Source of the DNA: Camelus dromedarius
Taxonomy: Eukaryota
Reading direction: 5' to 3'
Assembly (NCBI RefSeq): GCF_036321535.1
Contig: NC_087437.1
Location: 19,966,001-20,030,000, forward strand
DNA: 64,000 bases
A program made the translations under genes and the position numbers. Shown here one piece after another: positions 13,171-25,958 of this stretch (the stretch's first letter is position 1; every line of letters starts with the position of its first letter). Below the pieces are notes generated by a model. It saw only the letters and a program-made list of their open reading frames with translations, was not told the origin of the DNA and did not search any database.

Positions 13171-14679
13171 ATGGTTCTAATCTAAAATGTAGAACAATGA
13201 CTTTAAGGCATCCCCAAAAACAACCATTCTAAGTCTGTCTTAGATAATGTTGTCCAAGCCTTAACCTTCTCATCTATTATTTAAAAAAAAAAAAAGGAAG
13301 GATTAACATGCCAACCAAAGGGTTTTCAAAGTGCCCAGCACAGGGTAGGTGATTAATATTCTTTAGCTTCAAGCTGCCCCAGGGAGGCAAAGTTGGCATC
13401 CTCTCCATATAGCCTCGGCACAACATTTACCAGCTCCTCTGACCTCTATCTCACCTATCGTCATTGCTTGCAGGCCTTCAATAAAGAATTTCCCAATTAT
13501 TCAAGTCGTATTTTCAAGGATCACATCCAGAGATTGAGGAAGAATTCCCACCCCAAGTGATTGCTCATGTGGCAGACAGCTTTGAGACCAGGGAGAGTAC
13601 AGCACAGGGAGAGAAATTCAATAACTGCATAACTTAATGAAAGCCATCTTTCATTGACTGTCTGAAGCCTTATCTGTTTTCTTACACTTTGAAAAAGCAC
13701 AGACGCCATATATTTTGTAAGTCTTTATACAATGTAATAAATTAGACTATTTATTATATGTGTGTTAATCAGAATGTATCAAAGTTTTATCAAGCAACCA
13801 AAATAACTAACACTTATGGGTTGCACATTATGATGTAAATCTAGGGCAGAGGGATGAATATTTTAGTGACTGCACTTAGCCCTTGCAGGGACGGGGACTT
13901 GGATCCCCTGGTAGTAATAGGGAGTAGGAAGATGCTCTTCTCTGCCCTGGCTCTTCTGTGTGGCTAGTAGGCATGATGTTCAGAAAAGCTGCCCATCACT
14001 TTGCCTTCCTTCTTCCTCCCTCTTCCTCCTCTGACCTCGTCCTCCCCTTACTCTTCACCCCTCTTACACATTCACTCCCTCTCTCCTTCTCTCATTTCCC
14101 CTGACTTCTTCCTTGTATGACAATAACAAACTCTCCCTGGGCCTCCAGACTCGCCATTACAGGCACATTTTTTTTGAATAAAACCATTTCCATGACAAAA
14201 ATCTAAGGACCATGTAGAACAGGAGGCAGGCCACTCGTTCTTAGCTGCAGAACTTAGCCTTTAACCATAATGGTTTATCAGCCCTTATCACCTTGATAAA
14301 GTTGTCTCCATGCAAGAGGTATCAGAGGTTTGAGAGAAAGAAACACTGGATGTGGGAAGGCATACAGATCCCTGCTTGGCTTTTAACTACCTGTGTTACC
14401 TTGGGAAACCTGAGACCCACTGTTCAGGTAGGCGTTCAGAACAATGCCAGGCACAGAGTAAACATGCTGTACGCTAAGAGTCAGGAGAGCTTAGTAATAA
14501 TCATGCAGAAGCAGTGTGACCTCTCTGTGCCCCACTTTTTTATATTTGAAAAATCAGGAAAATAGCACTGCTTTTCAAACTGCATTGTTGTATGATTTAA
14601 TAGGTAATTTGTATGAAAAGCTTAAAGCAGTGCTGGGTATGTAGTATATACTTAATATGTGTTATCTAATGTAAAGCAG

Positions 14680-15110
14680 GTACATCAGTCTGGGTTTGGT
14701 CAGGAAAATGGGAAACACTCAATTTCCAAAAGGAAGGGATTTCATAGAGGGGATTAGAGGATATAAGGTCTTTAGAGAAGCTGCAGGGTGAAGGAGGGGG
14801 AAAGCCATCACTAGCATTCAGGAAGTCAGGAATCACAGTGCCAGCGGAGGATGCCCAGTGCTTCTGGCATCACTCCATCCATCTGCTCTCTGCTGGAGAG
14901 CCTGCGTGGCTGCCCTACGGCTTCAGGAGCAATAGGGCTCTGCTTCTCCTCCACCTTCAAACTCTCCCAGGTGTGCCTTTCTCTACTGATACTCTCACAA
15001 AGATAGAAATCTGTCAACCGCTTGTTAGAATTCTAGGAAATCTAGTTCCCAGGACTGTGATACAGGACAAAACATAGAGGAAAGAAAGTGATGCTAAGTT
15101 GTCCAAGACA
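14680..15110. mobile_element. ERVL/MaLR LTR remnant
   Basis: Starts TACATCAGTCTGGGTTTGGTCAGGAAAATGGGAAACAC, resembling old MLT-type LTR termini. Confidence 0.45.
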
Positions 15111-15329
15111 GCCAGGCAGAACGAGGATGATACCCCAGGTTGAGATGAAGCGTATGTGAGGTTTAGGCTGTAAGAGCATCTTATAAATTTCAACGTTCCA
15201 TGCAGATATTAAATTTTGATGGTAATGGGAGTGAAGTGGGAGGGATATGCCCAGACAATGAATCCAACACCAGGTCAGAAAATCTGAGTAACCAACTGAC
15301 GGTGGAGTGTAAGAAAGGACATCGACAGA

Positions 15330-15560
15330 TAATTTGACACATTTAAGAGTTTACCATGTGCCAGGCTTCATTATAAAGGCTTTATTTACATGTGCCAACT
15401 CATTTAATCTTTACAAAAACCCATGCAGGAGGTGCTGTCAGGAAATCATGGTCCAGAGAAGTTAAGTAATTTGCCCAAGGTCACACTGCTAGTAAATGGT
15501 CAAGCCATGATTTGCATCCCAACAGTTTGACTCCAGGGGGCAATTTCTTAATTACCAGGT
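15330..15560 (-). mobile_element. MIR SINE
   Basis: MIR core, reverse complement: CAGAGAAGTTAAGTAATTTGCCCAAGGTCACACTGCTAGTAA. Confidence 0.8.
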
Positions 15561-16571
15561 TACAAAGGAAGGAGGGGATGTGTAAGTCAGAGTTGGCTGA
15601 CTTCACAATTCCCCAGGAGCTGGCTCTAGCTGGAGCAGAGGGTCTGTTACAGCTGCCAGTTTGGTTTCTATGTCCTCAGAGAAAAGGTTCCTTTAAAAAG
15701 GACAGGTTGTGATTTCACTCTTCTAAACTCAATTCTGCGCCAAGGCTGGGGATGCTTTCTTCTGTCAAAAATAATTTGACCAGGCAAACTAAGCCACTTT
15801 GCCCAAGGATGGCTGTCCATGGAGAAGATTTACAACTTGCCCTGAGAACTGACTTTTTTAGTTAAGACTCCATCCTCATTCAGGTCCACAGTGGTACCTT
15901 TTCCATGGTTTACTGAGATCCAAGAAAGACTGACCATCATTCAATCATCACCATTAAAAAACAGTTTTGTTAATTACTTTGTACATGCAAAAATTTTTTA
16001 AAAATAGGAAAATACAAAAAAGAAAAATAAACCTTGCTCTGCAATGTGATTATGATATTTTCTGCACCTTTTCAAGATCTGGAAGGAATAGAAATGGTTG
16101 ATGTCTTGAGAGAGGGTTGTGGCCCTTGGACTTGTAGGTGGCACATGACATATTTCTTCTGATATCCTTCTCTCACCTTTGCTTTCTCCCAGTCAGCTGC
16201 TTGTAGAGGAAAAAAAAAAACTGTATTTGTCTTAGAAAGCAAGTTCACTGTTGGATTAGAAAATGAAACTAAGAAATGTCAAGTGCAGAGGAAGCTTGGA
16301 AATTATGCTTTCAAATTTTAAAAGTTCTCTAAAGCAGAAAGGAAGGATGAAACCAAACCATATTCTGCTTCAGCTCCAAAGCACATAGCAACTCGTGTGG
16401 CCCTGGAAGCAGATCTTCCCCAAAGTCTTAATAAATGACTCAGCACATGTGAACTAATCCACTTTCTATCTGCCCCAGCAGAGGGATGACCAGGAAGAGG
16501 ACCTGTGGTCATTTTTCAAGAGCTCATCAAGGGAGCTGGAAATCAGGAAATAAAAGCAAAACTAAATAGAT

Positions 16572-16783
16572 ATTGTCTAATAGGTACAAAATAGATAAAC
16601 AAGTTCATACTATATAGCACAGGAAACCATATTCAATATCTTGTAGTAACTTATGGTGAAAAAGAATATGAAAACGAATACATGTATGTTCATGTATGAC
16701 TGAAGCATTGTGCTGTACCCCAGAAATTGATGCAACATTGTAAACTGACTATACTTTAATTAAAAAATTTATAAAAATTTTGA
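16572..16783 (+). mobile_element. 5'-truncated L1, 3'UTR only
   Basis: L1 3'UTR (AACATTGTAAACTGACTATACTT) plus A-rich tail. About 20-bp TSD AAAAGCAAAAYTAAATARAT starting at 16552 and 16784. Confidence 0.85.
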
Positions 16784-18932
16784 AAAAGCAAAATTAAATA
16801 AATGTTGATAAGAAACATAACAGTTATTATTTTGGAAAACATGTCTATGTACTGAAGCTCCTATCAGCAGAAATTTCCCAGCTCTTGTCGGAAAAATGGC
16901 CACCCCTATCAGCTGAGAGATTCCAGTATTTGGAAGCAAAACTCTCCAGATTCATTGCACTCGCTACTGTTTGGCCTGTATTCATCCATGCTATGTAAGC
17001 ACAGATGCAACCTCACGCATCCTCTTAGCTGCAAAGCCGTTAGGGATCTGGGGTGATGCTCTCAGTGCAATCCAGGCACTCAGAAACCTTTGCTCACTTA
17101 TTTGGTGCTTACTTTTTGAGTTGGAGAGACCCACCCCAGTACCAAACAGGATGTGAACACGAGTGAGGAGACAGAGTATAAGCTAGCAGGGCACTGGGAT
17201 CGGGGTGAGCTGGAGAGGGCCTGCTCTGACTGAAAGCAGGGCCCAGCAGTTGTTGCCTGGTTGGATTGTTGACCCAGATTGCTAGCTCTCCTGATTTTTG
17301 AGAGGAGTCTGAGTTGATGCATAAAACATTCCTGAATTTTAAAAACCAGCAACCAGTTCACAATTTTTAAAACCCTGGGTAGGTCAAATTTAGCCCCTAG
17401 GAGCTTTCTCCCCAAAGGTTTCAAGGCAGGTGGCCACTTTACAAAATACCCCAAGCCCCCTGAATCCTGGAGCAAAGATAGTGTTTGGGGTGGATCCACT
17501 GAGGAAAATGATGACTTGAGTTTGTTTCTAATAACGGAGTATGTGGAGTCCCCAGTGGGACAGGGACATAGAAACAGCCTTCACAAGCACGGTCGTGTGA
17601 GGCAGGATTAAATGGTATAATCATTTGAACCATCTCAGTGAACAACATGAGCAGAGGTGATGGAGTGAAAAGAGAGGAATAAAGCAAGACACCCCAATTG
17701 GCAGAGTTTGGGTCACACACAAGATTATGGTAGATGGTGCATGGATCTTTTTTTTTTTAATTTTAAAAATCAAAATAAAAATAAATATTATTAGAGTGTC
17801 AACTCCAACCATGCGCTGACCCATCTGGGTGCCAGCACAGCAACCACCATACATGAACGGCAGGAATGATGGATGCTCAGGTGCCCAGGTGCATTCATCC
17901 TTGAAGAGTGCTGTGCACAGCCTTTCCTAAAGAGTGGGAATGGACAGGGGCCCACAGGCCTCCCATGCGTGCCAAGGACTTGGGAGCATCTCGTCTCATC
18001 AAAGCCCTTCTCTGGCCGGCCTTCCCAGCGAACACGCAGGGGACCTCTGCGCTCACACATTAGTTGCACATGAGTGAGTTTTAATTAAAGCTCAGAGCTT
18101 TAAAAGCTCCAGGATTCCCACAGGTAACCTTTCAAACCACAGTTCCTTAATTCAGAGAGTTCAGAGCTCCTTAAGAAAACAAGGTGGCTTTTTATCTCAG
18201 AACGATCTGGTTTCTAGGATTCTCTTTCTTGATGTGTTTTCTCATGTTTTATGGAGCTGCACACTCCTCATTCAGAGCAAGTCCTAGCTTGGTGTCCTGG
18301 AGACTGGTAATACTGCTGAAAGGAGCTCTGTGATGCCTTGATGGCAAAGCAGCGCCCAGGCTTCCAGACTGGCCAGTATACCCAGCTCTGGCACCAGGGC
18401 AGCCGGGCTCCCACACATCTATTTGGTGAAGTCAGCCAGCAAGAAGGCACCTGCTTGGAAGCCTGGCTTCTCCCAAGCTTCCTGGCTGACCTCAACACCT
18501 CCCTGGAGACATGCCATGTCAGGCAGTGGGATATAGGAATGTCTCCGAAAGATGGCATCGTCACTATCACTCCTCCCACTTACTCTGTGCTCCACACTGT
18601 TCGAGAGCTTTGGCCATATTTACTCATCCTGCATCACTCCAACCCGGGGAAGCGTGCACTTTTATTGCCCTCATTCTGTAGATAGGAGAATGGAAGACAA
18701 GAGCGCTCAGATATGTTGTCAACATCTGTTAGTGTTAGAACCAGGCAGTCGGGCTCTGGACGCTGTGGTATCCTGCCTCTCAGGGTTTCCCCGCCTCCAG
18801 GAAAATAACATCCAGATGAAAAAAGTCAACTGCATCAGTTCAGCTTTAAGCACCGCACAGGCACAGACCTTGTCGTAGGAGTCCTTAGTCCTATCGCAGG
18901 AGTCTTTAGAGGCCTTCAGGCTTGCCTGCCCA

Positions 18933-18951
18933 CAGCGCCCCCTGGTGGACC
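18933..18951 (-). promoter_or_regulatory. CTCF binding motif
   Basis: Minus strand reads GGTCCACCAGGGGGCGCTG, with an exact CCACCAGGGGGCGC core of the CTCF consensus. Occupancy is untested. Confidence 0.7.
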
Positions 18952-19838
18952 CACCTTCCAGGCGCCATCTCACCATGCTCATCATACTGTACCTCAGTGT
19001 CACGATGTAGTTGGTCACTAGCCTATACCACTGGTGGGAGCAGGGAGCGCAGGTTTCCTGGGAGAACAGAACTGTGGACATTATCAGGACCACTTGTGGA
19101 ATCTGGCCTGTGGTCTTCCCACCTGAGCCCCATGGTTATTAGTTTACAGTTTCCAATTCGAGCTTTAAATTGGTCTAGATGTCTTTAGCTTTGGAACCAA
19201 GCCTCCTTGCCCAGGAAAAATAGCAGGCACCCCTCCCTTGTCTATTACCATTAACTCCATCACTCATGAAGATTCAGAGGCAAATTTGCCAAGAGCCATT
19301 TCCATTCAGCTCTGTAGAAATGTCTTCAGTAGAAATACATCACAAAGACACATGAGCAGCACTGGTGCCTGCTTCCATAAGGCTTTCCAGCTAATTGAAA
19401 ATCCAAAAGCAAAAGTTGATGCATGAACTCAGAGAAGAGGAAGAACAGAACAAGACCAAGTATCATTTTGTGCTGATTTGTGATGGAGATGAGGCAGTTT
19501 CCATCCAGGGAAGGGGAAAAGAATGATATTTACAGATGCCTCTGGGTGCCCAGGACTGCATGCCCAGCACGTTCACCTCCACTGTATCCTTGGCTCCTCA
19601 AAACCAGCCGGTGAATTCAGTATTATTATCGGCATTAATAGATTTGGCCCTTGGGGCCAGGAAGGGCAGAAAGTAAACAGAGGCACTGGCTGGTTAGGGT
19701 CTGTAAGGGGACCAGACTGAGAGCAGATGGAGAGTAGGGGGCAGTTGAGGAGTTAGCCAGGCTCTGGACACACATGAGCCTAATGCGATACTGGGTCTGA
19801 CTTCAAAGTTACAACCCATCAAAGCAGAAACCGTGGGT

Positions 19839-20612
19839 CACTTCACACCAGTCAGAATGGCCATCATTAAAAACTCCACAAACCATAAATGCTGGAGAGG
19901 ATGTCGGGAAAAAGGAACCCTCCTACACTGCTGGTGAGAATGTAGTTTGGTGCAGCCATTATGGAAAACAGTATGATGATTCCTTAAAAAACTGGAAATA
20001 GGCTCACCCTATGATCCAGCAATCCTACTCCTGGGTGTATATCCAGAGGAAACTATAGTTCTAAAAAGCACTCACACCCCAATGTTCATAGCAGCACTAT
20101 TTACAATAGCCAAGACATGGAAACAGCCTAAATGTCTGTCAACAGAAGACTGGATAAAAAAATTGTGGTATATTTTTATGGTGGAATACTACTCAACCAT
20201 AAAAAAGAATAACATAATGTCATTTGCAGCAACATGAATAGACCAGGAGATTGTTATACTAAATGAAGTGAGCCAAAAAGAGAGAGAAAAATACCACATT
20301 ATTATCACCTATATGCAGAATATTTTAAAAAAATGACACAAATGAACTTATTTACAAAACAGAGATAGACTTGGTTACTAGGGGAGAAAGAGGATGGGAA
20401 GGGATAAATTGGGAGTTTGGCATTTGTAGATAACTAACTATTATATATAAAATAGATAAATAACAAGGTCTTACTGTATAGCACAGGGAACTATAATCAA
20501 TATTTTGTAATGACCTACAATGAAAAGGAATATATATACATATCTGAATCACTATGCTGTACACCAGACATTAACACAACATTGTAAATCAACTATTCTT
20601 CAGTTAAAAGAG
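19839..20612 (+). mobile_element. 5'-truncated L1 (ORF2 C-terminus + 3'UTR)
   Basis: Decayed [10 protein letters not shown].../[11 protein letters not shown] coding sequence followed by the 3'UTR. TSD AAAGCAGAAACC at 19821-19832 and 20613-20624. Confidence 0.9.
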
Positions 20613-21502
20613 AAAGCAGAAACCACAGGCCCAGCCTCGTTCTTTGTACCTCTACAATGTTGGGCCTTTACCAGTTGCTGAAAAGTGTTTTCTATTACTG
20701 AAAGAATGAATTAATAATATCATTTGAGGGCTCTTATGGGCTTGAAACATGATAGATACTCAGAAGCATAGTAAATTTAAGCTCACGATTACCATCCTTA
20801 AGTATTTGCCTATGACTTCAATTCTCAAGTATCACTCTAGACACTCCTCAGAGTATGTCTACAGCTAAGAACTAAACAACCCATCAGAATGTGGGCAAAT
20901 GCTTGAGACATGGAATGCCAGGAGGCTAGATTTGGAGCCCCTGAGGGTCTCATTCCAATACTAGCAGACCGTGGGAATTCCAGTGACACCTACACCCCGC
21001 AGGAGGTTGATGTTGAACTGTGCTGAAGGTTGGCTGGCACCTGGGTGAGACTTAGGATCCAGGGTCTACAAGACTCACAGAGCAGCCAGGTCTGGGACCC
21101 CTGCCCTGCAGCTCCCCAAACTCGGATTTATCAGTGCCCTGAAGTCGGTGCAACACCGAGAGGCTGCCTCACCGCACTGAACACACCAAGGATGATGTGA
21201 AAACCAGAAGGCCAGCAAGACACACAGAAGACTGTGTGCCTATGTTTACCTGACTAGTGAGTCTTCTTCTTAAAAAAGCAAAAATATAATCAGACCATTG
21301 TGTATTCAAGGTTAGAGTTTGGAGTAAAAGGTAGACAGCTCACAACTTTATTATTTTTATTCGTTTTAAAATTTTGTTGTGTCCATCTTCACTGCAAGGC
21401 CAGACCATTCACAGGGCCTGGACAGGACATTCTGGAGCGGGGCACCCTCTCCCCTGCTTGTTTCTTCAGTGGATAGTGCTGTGTCTTCAGGTTGGGTCAT
21501 TC

Positions 21503-21547
21503 TTTTTTTTTTTAATTGAAGTATGGTTGATTTACAATGTTGTGCAG
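21503..21547 (-). mobile_element. Extremely truncated L1 3' terminus
   Basis: polyT followed by AATTGAAGTATGGTTGATTTACAATGTTGTG. Degenerate TSD TTGGGTCATTCTTTT / TTGGCTCGTGCTTTT. Confidence 0.7.
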
Positions 21548-22823
21548 TTTGGCTCGTGCTTTTCATGAGAAAAGGCTTTAGCCAGGTTGGTGGCTCAGGA
21601 AGTATTTCACTATTACAGGACCTTTTGTGCCTCTGATCTTAGCAGCGTGCACTGCCTCCAGTAGCGTGGGGCTCAGAGTGTAAGGATGCCGGCTTGTGTC
21701 TCTTGTCTAAAGCCTGGGTCTCTCGTAGATCCGGATCACAGCCTAGGCCACCATGGTCATTGCTTTCCCTCTCCACTTCCCAGTTCCCTTATGTGTGATA
21801 CAGCAAAGTAGCATCAGTTTCAGAAGTTAAGAGTAAACAGCAGGACAGTTCGGGGCTCCAAAATAGGGCCATTCTGGAGGTCACTGTGATCGCAAGCACA
21901 GCCTTTAGTGTCTCCCGTGGGCTCTCCCCTCTTCTGCTCCTTCCTCAGCAGCTAGAACTCAGAGCACGTCTTGAATGACAGGATTGTGCTCAGGAGGGGA
22001 GGACACAATGCTGGGTGGGCACTGATCCCCATATCCACAGGAGGTCCCAGGGGAGAAGCCCACCTTCTGGGCCTCTGTTTAACACAATGACGGCCCAAGG
22101 ACTCCAGGCCTCCCTGGGCAGGCTTAATAAGTGGTCCTGGATAGGCAGGTCTTGGTCCATTCAGTCTTCTACTGCAAAGAATGACATCTTGGTGGCATTT
22201 TCACGTAGTTTGGGGGAGCAGATGCTGACAAGTGAGCAGCTGCGTCCCAGTCTAGCTAACGTTAGGGCTGGCAGGTAACCCTGCTTGATGCTTTTATGGG
22301 CTGAGGATAAATATTCTTTCATGGAGCATGAGGAAACCTATAGGGGTTATTTCTCAGACTTTAAGAGCTGGAATCCTGGGCCTGGGTAAAGAGTCAGGGC
22401 AGCCTCCATAGGCCTCAGGAGGGAGGGAAGGAGGAATCCGGTCTGCTGAACAGGTCAAGTGCACAGCACAACACTTGGCCTGGCTCCAAGTGTGCCATCA
22501 CTTGTCAACTCTAGATCATTGTGACTCTGTGGACTTCTGGCCATAGGGGGCCTGGCACACCATAGGTCCACAGTAAATGTTTACTAAGTGAGTGGACGGA
22601 TGTGAAGCCCACCCAGCCTTGCTCAGCTGCCAGCACGTCTCTGGACTTCAGAGCCTTGAGAAGATATTTCTTGAACCACTTTTCACTACATCCCCCGTGT
22701 TGGTCCATGACTGCATCAGGCTGCCCACATGACTCAGAGGAAGCACTCTGTCCAGGGGACCAACTGTTAAGCAGGGGCCATGACTGGTTTAGACTGGCAA
22801 GCCATTGCAGTAGTACCGGGGAG

Positions 22824-23156
22824 ACAAGTCAACCCATCTTTATCCGAAACCCAACAGAGCTTTGAAAACTGGAAGTCATTTCATAAGTTTGATGCCAAAA
22901 CTCATTGGATGGAAAAATCCTACTAAAATGATATAAAGGTATTTATAATATTTATTTATCTCACTTAATGTAAATGTTTCTATATTTAGCTACAGAAATG
23001 TTAACATGTTTCATTGGTAAGATACTGCCCTCAATCCCACAGGAAGTGCAACATAATATAAATTGGGTACATCATGTTACCTTCCTAAACACCAGAAAAA
23101 TCTGAATTTTGTTTCTCATTTGGCTTCAGAGATTTTGGATAGGAAATGTAGACCTG
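22824..23156. mobile_element. TcMar-Tigger MITE (MER46C-like)
   Basis: Decayed inverted ends CAAGTCAACCCATCTTTATCCGAAA / TTTTGGATAGGAAATGTAGACCTG around an AT-rich interior. Family name from memory. Confidence 0.55.
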
Positions 23157-23169
23157 GAATGACAATGGC

Positions 23170-23410
23170 TGTGGCCAACACTCACATACCAGATCTTACA
23201 TGTAACTGCCTCACATCGCTTTTGTATTCATCCTTGCCGAGATTAATCTTAAGAGATGCGGCTGTTTTTATCCCAGTTGTAGAGATGGGAACACCGAGAC
23301 CCAGAGAAAGGAAATAACTTACTCAAAGCAGACACACTTAAGAAGTAGCAGGGTTAAGAATCAAGCTCAGGGAGTCTGGCTTGAAAATCTTTCTTCTTAA
23401 CCACTGTCCA
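23170..23410 (-). mobile_element. MIR SINE
   Basis: TTATCCCAGTTGTAGAGATGGGAACACCGAGACCCAGAGAAAGGAAATAACTT...CTTAACCACTG. Confidence 0.7.
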
Positions 23411-23969
23411 CTGCTGAGTTGCAGTCAGGTTGACCAAGAAAAGTCTTACTCACCCAAATGGCCATCTCTCCCTGGGTCAGAGCTGACTTCTTACCTGGAG
23501 TCAACATAAGATGCATGGAGAAGCCATCAACAGGATGAAGCAAAAGTGAGCCCCCCCACCACCACCTGGGCTGGCCTTTGGACAGCTGAAGGGACCCTTG
23601 AGTACTGGGGCACTAACTCAGCACTCTCTGAGAGAGGCACTTCCCAACTCCAAAGAGGAATCCTCCGCAGAATGCCTCTCGGTGCTTGGCTTTTTACCTC
23701 ATCAGCGCCCACCTTCCTGGGTGAGCTCATTATGCCCTGTCTGCCATGGGGCCGCAAGGAAGTGCCCCGTAGACATCCTGGGATCGTCGAGAGGTTGAGC
23801 CATCTTCTCTCCTGGGTCCATCTACTATGCTAAAATAAATACTCCTAATCCTGTTTGGAAGCCTTAGTGATTATTTAATTGCTTCCAAGGCCTTCATCCC
23901 CGACCCTGTAACCTGTGTTCCCATGACTCTTTGATTCCAAATGCCTCAGTGTTCAGTGTGAACTCTTTT

Positions 23970-24690
23970 TTTTTAACTGAAGTATAGTCGATTTACAATA
24001 TTGTGTTAATTTCTGGTGTACAGCATAGTGATTCAGTTACACACATATATATATATACACATATTCCTTTTCATATGCTTTTTCATTATAGACCTTTACA
24101 ATGTCTTGAATATAGTTCCTTGTGCTATACGGTAGGACCTTGCTGTTTATCTATTTTTATATAGTAGTGTATATCTGCAAATCCTGAACTCCTAATTTCT
24201 CCCTCCCCACCTTTCTCCTCCCCATAACCATGTTTGTTTTCTATGTCTGTGATTCTGTCTCTGTTTTGTAAATAAGTTCATTTGTATCTTTTTTTAAAAA
24301 TTCCATGTATATGTATATTTGTCTTTGTCTAACTTCACTTAGTATGATGATATCTAGATCCATCCATGTTGATGCAAATGGCATTATTTTATTTTTTATG
24401 GCTGAGTAGTATTCCATTGTATAAATATACCACAGTTTCTTTATCCAGTCATCTGTTGATGGACATTTAAGTTGTTTCCACGTCTTGGCTATTGTAAATA
24501 GTGCTGCTATGAACATGGGGGTGCCTGTATCTTTTTGAATTAGAGTTCTCTCCAGATATATACCCAGAAGTGGGACTGTTGGATCATAGGGTAAGTCTGT
24601 TTTCAGGTTTTTAAGGAATCTCTGTACTGTTTTCCATAATGGCTCCACCAAACTATAGTCTCACCTAAAGTGTAGGAGGGTTCCCTTTTC
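23970..24690 (-). mobile_element. 5'-truncated L1 (ORF2 C-terminus + 3'UTR)
   Basis: ORF 24241-24651 encodes PLWKTV...LPYDP...[14 protein letters not shown]...EYYSAIK. 18-bp TSD TTCAGTGTGRACTCTTTT at 23952-23969 and 24691-24708. Confidence 0.92.
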
Positions 24691-24997
24691 TTCAGTGTGG
24701 ACTCTTTTGAAGAGAACCACATGTAACTAAATGAAGGTCAAACCAAGAATTTCCAGTGACTTTGGTTCTTGATGATGATGCAGTTCTCACCGGCATGTGT
24801 GCCAGTCTCTGCAGCCAGAAAGGTTCCGGAAATGTGTGTTGTCCCTGAGGACTCTGGAAGGCCACTGCCACGGAGGAGTTAGCTCAGAAGAGTGGGGTGT
24901 TTTGGCGGGGCCACTTGGGCTAGCTCCCTTCCTGTGAGTGATACCTGGATGGGTTTTGTATATTCATTTCTTTATGTATCTGTTCCTTCCTAGAAGC

Positions 24998-25615
24998 AAT
25001 GCAGAGGAACAGTTACCAGTGTGGGCTGTGGGGTCATATAACCTGGATTCAACGCCTGCCTGCCCCTTCCTATCTGTGTGAACTTGGGCAGATTATTGAA
25101 CCATCATAACCCTCAGTTTTCTCATCTATAGAAGGGAGTAATTGAGACCTAGTTCTCCATATCAGGGTTGCTTTTTTTTTTTTTTTTTAGATTGAAGTAT
25201 AGTCGGTTTACAATGTTGTGTTTGTTTCCAGTGTGCAGCAAATGGACTCAGTTACATACATATCTTTTTTAGATTCTTTTCCATCATAGTTTATTACAAG
25301 ATATTGAATATGGTTCCCTGTGCTATACAGTAGGACCTTGCTGTTTATCTCTTTTATATATAGTAGTCTGTGTCTGCCAATCCCAAACTCCTAGTTTATC
25401 CCTTCCCCCCTTTTCCCCTTTGGTAACCATAAGTTTGTTTTCTATGCTGAGTCTGTTTCTGTTTGGTAAATAAGTTCATTTATATCATTTTTTACATTTC
25501 ACATATAAATGATATCATATGATACTTCTCTTTCTGTTCTGAGAGTTAAAAGAGATAATACGTGAAAAAAGTTTACCATAATTCCTGGACTTTAAGCGAT
25601 AACGGTTATTATTTT
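24998..25615 (+). mobile_element. MIR SINE split by an L1 insertion
   Basis: MIR core TGTGTGAACTTGGGCAGATT...CTCAGTTTTCTCATCT runs up to CAGGGTTG (25170) and resumes at TGAGAGTTAAAAGAGATAATA (about 25540). Confidence 0.7.
25172..25536 (-). mobile_element. 5'-truncated L1 3'UTR inside a MIR
   Basis: polyT followed by ATTGAAGTATAGTCGGTTTACAATGTTGTG. Same 3'UTR as 23970-24690 and 50879-51145. Confidence 0.88.
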
Positions 25616-25905
25616 TAGTCATTCAACCAGCATTCCATGAGCACTGTCTTAAGAGCCAGGCAGTGTCCTAGGGAGTGGAGATACACTGGAGAACACAATG
25701 GGAAGCCCCCTTCCCCCAGCGTGGAGAGTATCTTTTTGTGTTCATATGCAACAGGCCCCACAGTCAGAGCCAAGCAGGTCAGCCCTGCTCAGAGTGGGAC
25801 CCAGAGCACTTTTGTCTGGGTGAAGCTTCACGAGAAAACTAAGCCCTTTGGTCACATAAGTTAAAAAAAAAAACCTGATTATAATCTTATAATCGGTCAT
25901 TATAA

Positions 25906-25958
25906 CTGTATACTCTTGCTTATAATAATCTGTATACTCTTGCTTATAATAATCTGTA
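25906..25958. repeat. 24-bp perfect tandem duplication (2.2 copies)
   Basis: CTGTATACTCTTGCTTATAATAAT twice, then CTGTA. Confidence 0.9.

Noticed and set aside
25906..25958. CRISPR-like or peptide repeat (TDYYKQEY x2)
   Set aside because: Two adjacent copies with no spacers in mammalian DNA; a simple tandem duplication.
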